A DNA stretch of 64,000 nt from Gonapodya sp. JEL0774 (Eukaryota). Position 1 is the first letter of the stretch. Each line of letters opens with the position of its first letter. The DNA lies in assembly GCA_027604505.1 (NCBI GenBank), contig JADIIX010000045.1, positions 1 through 64,000 on the forward strand, written 5' to 3'. Positions 1-9,986 of the stretch are shown here, piece by piece. The notes beneath the pieces were generated by a model. It did no database searches. It was not told the DNA's origin and saw only the letters and a list, made by a program, of their open reading frames with translations. The translations under genes and the position numbers were made by a program.

Positions 1-720
1 GGAGGGAGGGATTTGGAGTTGGGGAGGTGAGATTGAGAGAGAGAAGGAGTTAGGGGGAGGAGCCATGGAGGGGGGTGGGAGGGAGGGAGAGGGAGGGAGA
101 GGGAGGGAGAGGGAGGAAGGGGATGATCTGAGAGGGGAGGAGATGGGAGAGGGGAAGGGATGGAAGGGATGGGATGGATGGGATGGATGGGATGGATGCA
201 GAGTCAGTGGAGTCAGTGGAGTGAGCGAGTGCGAATGTGATCAGATCACGGCGATCGCACCCTCTCTCCCGCTCTCTCCCGCTCTCTCCCCCCACTCACA
301 TCTCAATGTCGCTGTCTCCGATGTCTCTGCAATCGATTCAATCTGGATTCCCCTTTCCCTCCTTACTCGCTCTTGTCTTCGGTATCTTTCCTTGCAACTC
401 GCCCCTCCCCCCACCTCACCTGCACCCTGCACAATCAAAACCTGCCACTCATTCTGGTACGCTCTCGTCATCCCCCTTCCCCACCCCCTCTCTCTCTCGT
501 TTCTTTATCCTTGTTCCCCTCTTTGCTTCCATCCCCTCTCCTGCCTCTACCCATCCTATCCCTTCTGCTTCACCCCCTCCCATCTCTCCCTTCCCCACCT
601 GCCGCGCCTGCCCTCCCTTGCCCTCCCTTGCCCTCAACCCCCTCCACTCCCTCTTTCCCTCTTTCTCTTTTTGGTCCCGCTCTTCTACCCCACACTCACA
701 CACCTCCACTCTCTGTCTCG
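1..720. repeat. Low-complexity tract: purine (GGA/GGAT/GA)-rich 1-230 followed by pyrimidine (CT/CCT)-rich 260-720
   Basis: Directly visible composition. The switch point carries a small palindrome (gtgcga 229-234 / tcgcac 255-260 around gtgatc-a-gatcac). Overlapping ORFs are low-complexity artefacts. Confidence 0.8.
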
Positions 721-1346
721 GGGTCTGATGCGCCACAACGTGCCTTCTTTCCGGCCAAATGGCCATCCCCACGTCATCTCTCATTGATTGTAAATGTGAT
801 GATGTCACCTGCCGTTGTTGCATGTTTTTTCTTTCTTTTTTTTTGTTGTGTTGGTTTCTGCTCAGCAGACGCGCCCACTTTGATGTGGCCTGAGCTGTTC
901 TCCACCGCAAACTTCAAATATTCCAGGATTGCTACAGGCAGAGGTGGTCCAAAGCAGTGCCTTTTAGTTTGCATTCCACTGTGTTTGCTGTCACTTGTGC
1001 TTTTGCTTTTCTCTTTCCTTTCGTTATGTTGGTTTCACCTGGTCCATCTTTTCCGGATCGACTAAAAGCCGGAGAACCTCGATCATGGAAGAGGCAGAGC
1101 TCAAAACTATATTTACTTCGATGGGGTCTTTTGGAGTTCTAATAACGGAAGAGCGAATTTAGTACTCACCCGGTGAACTTCGCGTAGCGTTTGCGGTGCA
1201 GGCGTCGTCACGCATCGTACTGTACTTGAATCAAATGGTTTCAGATTTCATGTGAACAACACCATGAGTGCCACACAATCAAAGAAATCGATCATGGTAG
1301 CGAACATCACTCAGAAAAGTGGTCAAAAACATAAACATCAGAGTTC

Positions 1347-1606
1347 TTCACCGGCAATGTTCGAACGTCTTTGTGAAGGAGAACGGTGTCCCGTACTGCA
1401 GACTTGCTCCATACTGGGGCAGTTGGGAGTCCCATTTAAAACTTATTGAGTGTATTTGAGGGAAGTTAACAACAATAATTTCACCGGCAATGTTCGAACG
1501 TCTTTCTGAAGGAGAACGGTGTCCCGTACTGCAGACTTGCTCCATCCTGGGACAGTTGGGAGTCCCATTTAAAAACTATTGAGTGTATTTGAGGGAAGTT
1601 TACAAT
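1347..1606. repeat. Two-copy tandem direct repeat, period 133 bp
   Basis: ttcaccggcaatgttcgaacgtcttt...gagggaagtt occurs at ~1347 and ~1480 with only a few substitutions. Confidence 0.95.
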
Positions 1607-1724
1607 AAGCTCGCCATCGAATGCTAGACGAGGGACGAACAGTTCGAACTGGAATGAGGAACACTGTGGGAGACGGACAACGAGACGGACACTCGAGAAC
1701 GATACACAACAGGAAACAGAGAAT

Positions 1725-3471
1725 GGTTGTGCAGGCCATATATATTATACCAACCCCAGCGCGCCGTAAGGTCCGGGGAAGTCTCTTTGGGAGGTGTTGT
1801 TGGGCCTGCACAACCCTCCCCGGCGAACCACGCTGGGGCGAACAAGACATGACTAGGTACGTGGAGGAAGTTCTGTCATTACGAGACGATGGCGGTGAAA
1901 GTGAAAAGTGGAAGGATCAGGAAACATGGTCAGACAATGAGGCCATTGGACATTCAAACACTTGATCAACACCCTGGATCCAATTATTGAAAGGTCTGTC
2001 ACCCAAGACACAACCTCCTAGCTTCAATGGCAGCAGTTGCTCCCAAGCGGCCGGCAGACTTCAAAGGCGCGTGGACCTTCCTCGCGAAAATAGAGCACAC
2101 GCCGCTTCAGTGCACAGACTCACACCCCTGCATCTGCAATACTCACCACGTCAAGCTGTTCAGTTCCGCTCTAACACCTCCCTCCCACGTGTTCCTGTGC
2201 CTCCGAGACAATCTTCATGGTCTCTACACATGTCCGCCGGTAACTATCCATGCCCGTTGCTCCACCGGTGAAGGCGGCCCCGGGTGCGGGATGCGCATAC
2301 TCTGCGAGTCTCAGATGCTCAGAAACTTTTGAATGTGAATAGAACGCGAGGACAAGGGGGTGCAGCGGAAACGCGACGTCCGTTCAGTTGTGGGACACGT
2401 ACTCCTTGTGAGAGAACAGGACGTGCAGGAACTCACCACGGGGACAGAACATCGAGCAAAAGCGAACCGGGAACACCGTTGAACAGTCGAAGCGTTGGAG
2501 CGTTGGTGGCGGCGAATGGGACGCATATTTCCGTGAATTTTACTGGAGAAATGGGGGGGGGGGGGGGGGGGGTGGTTTGTTGATGGTCACGTGTTGTGGC
2601 GGAGCAGCGCCGGATAATCCGCACTTGATCCGCCCAACCCCACGTTAGTTCCAAGACAACCCGAGCCTTCTTGGGTGGTATATCTGAATTAATCATCGCT
2701 TGCTCGTGCTTGTCGGGCGGTGTTTTCCGAGCTTATCTGCCGTTCGTGTCTACCCTTCTCTTTTCCTGGATGTTGAATCCATTCGGTGAGTTCCCGCCTA
2801 GCAGTGTTCTCCGATGTTTGCCCATGTCCCACACGGAACGGACCCCGTTCCTCTGCACCCCCTGTCGTCCCCTCTCTCCACATCAAAAGTCCCTGTGCAT
2901 CTGAGACTCGCAGAGCCTGCGCATCCCGCACCTGGGGCCGCCTTGACCGGTGGAGCAACGGGGGTTTGAATCCGGCGGACATGTGTAGATGACCATGACG
3001 CTTGTCTCGGAGGCACAGGAGCACGCGGGAGGGAGGTGTTAGAGCGGAATTGAACAGCTTGACGTGGTGAGTGTGTGTCTTTCAAGTGGACGGAGTTGGG
3101 GTGCGTGGTCATGAACAGAGCAAATGCCGGGTCGCACCCGTCTGGCTGGGAGGTCCGCATTCAAGGTAATCTGTCGTTCAATCCTCATCGGCTGTTGTCA
3201 CCGGCGACAGACCGTCAACTGGTTGGAACGGGACCGAAAACTTGACATCGAATTCAACCATGTTCTGACCAACTTCCTCTATCTTCCTCCTTTCATCCTC
3301 ACCACAATCGGCTCATACTGTCAGAATGTCGTCGATGTACCTAGTCATGTCTCGTTCGCCCCAGCGTGGTCCGCCGGGGAGGGTTGTGCAGGCCCAACAA
3401 CACCTCCCAAGGAGACTTCCCCGGACCTCTCGGCGCGCTGGGGTTGATAAAATATATACGGCCTGCACAAC
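1725..3471. repeat. Large diverged inverted duplication: outer arms 1725-1875 / 3322-3471, inner arms 2141-2397 / 2825-3072
   Basis: The reverse complement of 3322-3471 aligns with 1725-1875 and that of 2825-3072 with 2141-2397. The ORF track shows matching peptides on opposite strands (FAPAWxAGEGCAGPTTPPKETSPDL; SPRQAVQFRSNTSLPR). Confidence 0.92.
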
Positions 3472-3879
3472 TTTTGTTTCTTCCTCGTCGCTCCTTCAAA
3501 TCTCTTGTGTCCCCCATGATCCTGCTCCAACTTATTTGAGCCATTTGTGTCTCTATTGCGTGTCAGGTTTGAGATGGTAACCGCCTTCAATGTTCCAACT
3601 CTGTCCACCCAACCTTGATTGATTGTTTGATGTTCTTGCTCATGGCAATCACCATCAGTTATACACATTACCTCCAATCTCCACGAATGCGGAAATCCCG
3701 TCTAGCCCGGCGAGTCTCATTTCAGATCGTGTGTGCCTTATCCTGGACTAGGACGTTAAATCTGCAATTTATTAGTGCTATTATTAGAATGTGATAAATT
3801 CGCGTGACCGTGGCTTCGCATTCCAAGGCTCCTCAGTGATCGAGTCCGAGTCCCCAACTCTGTCTCAGTCCCGCTGACC

Positions 3880-5370
3880 TTGATTCCCATTCCCATCTCC
3901 TCCTCCGATCGCTTCCACATGATGCAACGATCCCGCTCCCGCTCTCCCTCTCCCGCTCCCATTCACATCCGCGGATTGTCCAACCCACACTCCGACTCGG
4001 ACTCGGACTCGGATCTTGTCAATCGCATTCTTTCTCGTGTGAATCTCTCGCGCTTCCCATCACATCCCAACTCGGACACAGAACAAGACGACAATGAAGC
4101 TGAGACCGATGTCGAGACCGATATTGATGCCGATATCGATGATGACTCAGAACTTGCGTCCTCCACCAATTCCAACTCCTCTTCCTTTCTCAACCACACC
4201 ACCACACAACATGGCCTCATTTCAAGCTCGAAATCAAGCTCAGGATCCAGAGCTCTCCGGAGATCTCGCCGTTTCTCAAGCTCCAACTCCGATTCTGATT
4301 CTCCGCCGTTGTCTTCCCGAAGCTTGAAGCCCGAGCCCCAGTCTCGTTCCCAGTCTCGAAATGAATCAGAACGTCCTCTATCGTCTCGTAGCCCCAAGAC
4401 TTATTCCCCACCTTATCGCACCCACTCACTCACTTTGCCTCGCGCTATCTCACATGACTTCGAGCCATGGTGGGGCGGCATACCTTCTCCGTCTCAATCC
4501 CTGTCTGCTCGATCCGCATCTCCCTCTGAATCGCGGTCCCGCTCTACGTCCGAGTCCTCGACCTCGCCTGAGCCTCCTCCTCGTCGCTTGCGGTCCCACG
4601 CTCCGTCCAAATCCCAGGCATCCAGGTCAACATTCTCGCCACCTCCTTCTCCTCGTGATCGTATACGTACTCCTCCTACCACCTCTACATCCACTTCCAC
4701 ATCCACACCAGCCGTTGTCAACAAAAAGAACAGCCCCGTCCAACAAACCACCACATCACCACCACCTCCACTCACCTCCCTGCACCACAACCTTCTTTCA
4801 TCACCACCTCCCCTTCCAACCTCCACCCACCGATCCTCTGCCCAACCTCCATCTAACCCCGTCCACCACATATTGGATCCATTCCTCTACCCGTCTCCAC
4901 CGACATCCTTATCCCCATTGCGGGATCCCAGCCCCTCACGACCTCACTCAGGATGCACCGCATGTCGGGGCTTCCCTCCACCCCGCCGCTCCCAAACCCC
5001 TCCCCCAAAACGGACAACTCCTCGATCCACAGGAGCATCTCAGGCCCGGCCCACCCCATCGCCCGTCACCGCATCTCGCACGCAGACTCTCATCCGCGTT
5101 CTCCCCGCATCTCTTGTCTCATCCGTCCACGGCACGGTACTCCCTTCCCCGCATTACACCATCCCCCGCATTCCCAATCCCCACCACTCCACCACGACAA
5201 CCACGTCTCTATCCACTCCATTCCGGTACAGACACCATAGCGCCCACGCGTCGCTTGTAGATCGTGTGTTCTCTGCGGAGAGAGAACGATGGTGGGACGC
5301 GGGGGACAGGATGTGGGGTGAGATTGTTGCGGGAGGGTGTGTGTGGGAGCGAGGGGTGACGGAAAGATGA
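3880..5370 (+). CDS. Hypothetical Ser/Pro/Arg-rich disordered protein (first ATG ~3919)
   Basis: Uninterrupted 496-codon ORF with acidic and RS/SP low-complexity blocks and a short non-repetitive C-terminus (VDRVFSAERERWWDAGDRMW). No recognisable domain. Confidence 0.55.
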   Translation: MIPIPISSSDRFHMMQRSRSRSPSPAPIHIRGLSNPHSDSDSDSDLVNRILSRVNLSRFPSHPNSDTEQDDNEAETDVETDIDADIDDDSELASSTNSNSSSFLNHTTTQHGLISSSKSSSGSRALRRSRRFSSSNSDSDSPPLSSRSLKPEPQSRSQSRNESERPLSSRSPKTYSPPYRTHSLTLPRAISHDFEPWWGGIPSPSQSLSARSASPSESRSRSTSESSTSPEPPPRRLRSHAPSKSQASRSTFSPPPSPRDRIRTPPTTSTSTSTSTPAVVNKKNSPVQQTTTSPPPPLTSLHHNLLSSPPPLPTSTHRSSAQPPSNPVHHILDPFLYPSPPTSLSPLRDPSPSRPHSGCTACRGFPPPRRSQTPPPKRTTPRSTGASQARPTPSPVTASRTQTLIRVLPASLVSSVHGTVLPSPHYTIPRIPNPHHSTTTTTSLSTPFRYRHHSAHASLVDRVFSAERERWWDAGDRMWGEIVAGGCVWERGVTER

Positions 5371-6134
5371 ACGTCGTGGGAGGCTTGCGCAGGGAGGTGT
5401 GGCGGTATTTAGTGAGTGCGGTGCAGCTTTGAAATGGGGAGTTCCTGTGTGACCGCTTGTCGAAAAGGTGTTTCCGACAAAGAACGTCTATGAAAGAACC
5501 AAGCAAAGAAACCCGCGAACAGCAGTATGAAATGAAGACTGAAACGACCACCCAAAACAAAATTTTGAATGTAGACGGTTGCGAGTATACTCGAACGGGT
5601 TGTTTTTTCCTCCAGCGTCGGGTCAAGATTATTCCACGGACATTTCTAGGTGTTCCCACATAGTCGCTGCTCAAGGAAACCTTCTTGTAGTTCTTGTAGG
5701 GATCGACGTGTGTAGAAGGAGGGGAAGGGGAATGAGTGATGAAGGAGAAGAACGTATGAGTTGAACAGTCTCAGTACAATGCAGCCCGTTGAGCTCTCTA
5801 CAGGAGTAGTTTTGTACTGGCCAAGGGGCTGGTGAGATCTCGCGTTAGAAAAATTAAACCATGCAAATGGGAGTGCCCAACACAAATAACCTCAACATCT
5901 CTCTAAACGAAAAGCTCGCGCTGTTCCGTCTTGCGGTATCGCAATGAAGCTCTTGGGTAAGCGAGCTTTGGATGTAAAATGGGTTGAAAAGCTCCCAGCT
6001 GCCTGCTAGGTTGACCCTTCCTTCGCAGGGCTGCACACAAGCAATCTGATGACGCTCGGTTGAAGGAACCTTGTCACTTCATCTCAGTCGTACATCGTAA
6101 AATCTCTGTCAGCGGACGGATACTTGTTCACGGC

Positions 6135-7482
6135 ATGAGCATCGATCTCTCGGCTCATCTGTTCGACCAAGCTCAACCATTCGTAATCTCCATACTGGTG
6201 ATCAGCGGTGCAAGTCTCTGCATCATTCCATTACTGCTATGGAATGCTCTAAAAACCATGGCATGTAACATTGTGCTTCTCTGTCGAAACTCTTTTGTTT
6301 ACCTGACCCTGTGAACAACTCGCGCTGCCTCAAAACGTAGACGTTTTCCAAAGTCATGGACATTTTGTACATGAATCTTTTCTTTGCCGATCTGTTGACG
6401 TCCCTGTCGTGTTTTGTCTCATCAATCGCGATGGTTTACGATGGACGTCTGCTTAGTCAAATAACCTGTGACGTAACCGGAACAGTCATTGTAGCTGCCG
6501 GAACGGTAGAACTTTGGGTAATGAGTCTAATGGGTGAGTGGACGCATTTGCGGTTACGCCTGTTCCTCCATTATGGTGGATCTTCGTTGTCCCTTCCAGC
6601 ACTAGAACGGTATTTCGCAATTTGCCACCAAACCTCTGAGGTTCGCCATCGTAGATGGTATCTCGTGGGACTTTTATTTGGTTGGTGTTGGTGTTTTACC
6701 ATGACGGGGAGTGTGGCTTCTCTTCATCACCTGGTTCTTGACAAATTTCCAACTGTGAGAATCGGTTCCTGTATTCGTTTCGCCTGATCACTCATTCAAA
6801 AGTTAATCCATTCCAAACATCCCAGTTTTGTGTGGTTAAATTTTCTTCCCGTGATCCGGTTCAGCAAGGAATACTTTCTTTGGGATACTTAATGGCGTTC
6901 ACTGGAAATATCCTCATGGGCTTCTGTTACACTAGAATCACACAAGAAGTTATTTCTGTGCGATCAAACATCAGGAGCTTATTGAAAGCTTCAACGGAAG
7001 CACCTTCCAAACCTTCAAATCCTCGCCAAGCTGTTCTCGTCAGGGGAAGCCGCCAACTTTCAGTCGCGGAAGCCGACGGTGTCGAGAACCCCAACAATGT
7101 CGTTATACTTGAACCCTCACCTTGCACCATTGCCAGCACAGAAGTCAATGACCACTGCCGAAAGTCGTCTGCAAACTCGGAGCAACCTCAAGTTGTTGAA
7201 ACCGCCACTATAAGGCTACCATCCTTGAACCGCAAGGACATCTTAATAGCAACCCGTACCTTCACCGTTGCAATGGTGTATTATATATTCTACTCTCCGT
7301 TACTTGTTAAAGTGTTTTACGAGGTCATCACAGGTCAATTGGTGGAGCCACCCATCTTGGCGGGCATTGTAAATTTGCTTTTAACTTTGCATGTGCTAAT
7401 TGATCCCATTTTGGTTACGTGGTTGGATGGAAGACTGCGCAAATCATTGACGACTCTGCTGGGTTGGCAACCTAATACATAA
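6135..7482 (+). CDS. Class A (rhodopsin-like) 7TM G-protein-coupled receptor, 4 exons
   Basis: Spliced model gives TM2 NLFFADLL, TM3 Cys (ITCD) plus ALERYFAIC (E/DRY), ECL2 Cys (FCVV), TM5 FCYTRI, long ICL3, TM6 YYIFYSP, TM7 IDPILV (NPxxY-like) and helix 8 RLRKSL. Introns ~6261-6340 (GC-AG), ~6534-6599, ~6755-6825. Confidence 0.85.
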
Positions 7483-7826
7483 TAGGTACAGGACAATAAA
7501 CGGATGGGGCCTTCCAATGAATTTACTCATGAGAGTTCGAAAGAGTTGTGCGAACTTTTAGAAAAGATTTGGCAAACACTACATCAGTTCTATGCATACT
7601 CTTGCCATCTTGGAATATTTTAAATAGGCAATATTAAGTCTCCACGTGGGGGAATACGAAGTTGTGGACCTTCGACTGGGGTTACAGATACACGTGATTG
7701 TCAGCCGGAGGTGAGAGACAAATGTCTTCATTCATTTGCACAAGTAAATTAGACAAATCCATCGGTCAACGATGGGAAAGACGTCCAAAAATAATGTTCT
7801 GAAATAAATAGATTGAAGAATCCCTA

Positions 7827-9478
7827 CTAGGGGACGAACGGAGAAACTGGACCCCTGACCGACGAAGTCTCCGACATCACAGTGAAGACCTCTTTCTGTT
7901 CAAGCTGCTCTGCCCACGTCACCCTCCGCTGAGAAAATTCTGCTGGATCTTCGGATCGAAGAGGAGGCGGCCTGCGTTGATCCTGATATGAGGGTGAGGG
8001 AGGCTCTGGTTCCACATAAGGGGTATCATGGCGCCATGGGAGGTTAAAGCTTGCTGTGTTGGAGCTTGAGGTGGAGTTTGAACGGGGCGATTTATCGTTG
8101 TAAGGACCGTATAGGGCTCGTTGAGAGATGGTGGCATTCGGCATTACCGCATTAGTTGTGATCCAGTGAGACGAACTTCGTTCTGTTTCAAGTGAGAGTA
8201 ACACCAGTTAGGTAAAACTGAACGTTCGCGACCGGAGAAAATTTGGATGGCGGGCGTACCTGTTTGCGATATTGAAGACGGCGAATGCAGCTCTTCCATA
8301 TCTGGTTCGAAACGATCAGGAGGATACTGGGGCGGTGGTGTCCGGGTGAAGTGATAGAAGGTAACTTCTGGAGAGTTGACTCGCGATTGCATTTGTGAAG
8401 TGCGTTCAGGCTGCAACTTGAGGTCTTACAAGAAAGGTGATACGAAGGTTAGTGTACAGGGACAAAGACACATGACAAGCATCCGCTTACCGTCCTTCCT
8501 GTCTACGTAATTCGGCACGCCTTGGATTGACCCGAGCTTTCCTCGCTTCCATCTCCACAAAACTGCAACAATGATAAGTGCTAGCCCTATCCCACCAGCT
8601 ACACCTCCCACTATAATTGGAATCGGTGATCTTGATTCGGTTGACTGGTCGGTGGTGCTCAGGGAGTTAATACCCGTACCCAAGGGCGCAACAAGGGATG
8701 AGGTAGATGAGCGGAGGGTTGAAGTTGCATCACCAGTTGCGGAATGTGCTGCATCAATGGGTAAAGGAGAGGACGTCGCGGTACCCAAATGCGCGGAGAG
8801 AGCAGGTACGTCCGTCGAAACCAAGGTGCTGGACGATGTCGGGGATTGTGAAGACGCCAAGGAGATTGAACTGGAGGTGGAGCTCGTTGCTAACGTGGTT
8901 GTAGTGCTATCCGTTGTTGTTGCGACGAGGGTGACAGGACACGATCCTCCCAGAGGAATTGACTGATTGTGCGATAAACACGATGGGGGATAATTTCCCC
9001 CACAAGTATAAATCCCAGGATTCCTATCGAACAGGGTAATCCAGCAGCGGCTCAAGCTCTGAGGAAGCAACCCATCGATGTTTCCGCTCAAAGAATTTGA
9101 GGCCAGCTCAACGTCTGTGAGGGAAGAGAGACCCGACAGGTCTGGTATGGGTCCCGTGAAGCCGTTCGTGGACAGAACCAGTGTCTCAAGGAACGTCACG
9201 CCGGCCAGAGAAGGGATCGAGCCCGTGAAGTATTGGCAGCAGAAATAGGCAAGCGTGACCCGTGATGCCGAGTTGCACTTGAAGTATGCGGTGTTCCCAG
9301 TGGTTTTAGAACAACAGAGACCTTTGGTCCACGGTATTTGGAGACCCTGTCGCTCATACATGAGTTCAAATGGGGCGCAATCTGTGGCTTGTGACTGAGC
9401 ATAGCACGGAATCGAGAGCGAGAGCAGTAGACTGGAGGTAATGATGGAGGGCACCACAGAGGCGACCCGATTTCTCAT
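7827..9478 (-). CDS. Single-pass LRR receptor-like protein: signal peptide, Cys-capped plant-type LRRs, S/T stalk, TM, disordered tail with RVxW motif
   Basis: ORF 8426-9550 from ATG 9478: hydrophobic leader, LRRs (LETLVLSTNGFTGPIPDL; LTDVELASNSLSGNI), S/T-rich stalk, TM IIVGGVAGGIGLALIIVAVLW then RWKRGK. A GTAAGC donor after DRKDG and a GTACGC...CTAAC...CAG intron link to ORFs 8144-8416 and 7827-8204. Confidence 0.8.
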
Positions 9479-9986
9479 TTCCGAACCGGCCCGACGGCCC
9501 AGCGCTTTGGAGATTTTCTGCAACAACGCGACCAACGCTAAAGCCGCCAAAGGTCTCTTTGAGAGAGTGAGTTGTCGGATCTGTCTTTTCGTTTAGGACT
9601 GATGCCTGTTCCGTTTCTGGGGCCTGGGGATGGCAGCCACACGCCTTTTAGAGAGGCGACCCCACTCGTCGAAAGCAAATCTCCATCAAATCCAAACCAG
9701 AAATATTATTACATAAAATCAGATTATCAGATTTCACGCATCTGTCTGCAATCTTCTTTACACGATTGAAATATTATTTTACGCGCTCTAACGGTGACGT
9801 ACGCAAGTTCGATAAATCGGGTGTCTGTCTGCGATTATTCGGATCCAACTGTACAATGACCACTCCATGATGACGTTCATGGTTATGCGGTGCCATATCC
9901 AGGGGTATTTGAAGGTTTGTCCTGCCTCTCCGACACCCTTGCCCTCGTTGCCCACGGTTGTTGCTCGCAGGACAATCCTCCGCCAA

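Noticed and set aside
50..1065. Several long overlapping ORFs in the first kilobase
   Set aside because: They arise from stop-poor GA/CT low-complexity sequence and show no domain signal.
1347..1606. Possible CRISPR or LTR pair
   Set aside because: Only two adjacent 133-bp copies, with no spacers, TG..CA ends, PBS or PPT.
1815..1860. Helitron 3' end (hairpin plus CTAG) or HDV-like ribozyme
   Set aside because: CTAG is followed by G, not T, homology continues past it, and the HDV P3/P1.1 topology could not be fitted.
5366..5432. GGLRREVWRYL in a shifted frame, reminiscent of a Rab-GAP TBC motif
   Set aside because: Only about 10 residues, followed immediately by a stop, and no other TBC motifs.
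6135..7482. Calling the GPCR an opsin
   Set aside because: No lysine at the retinal attachment position in TM7.
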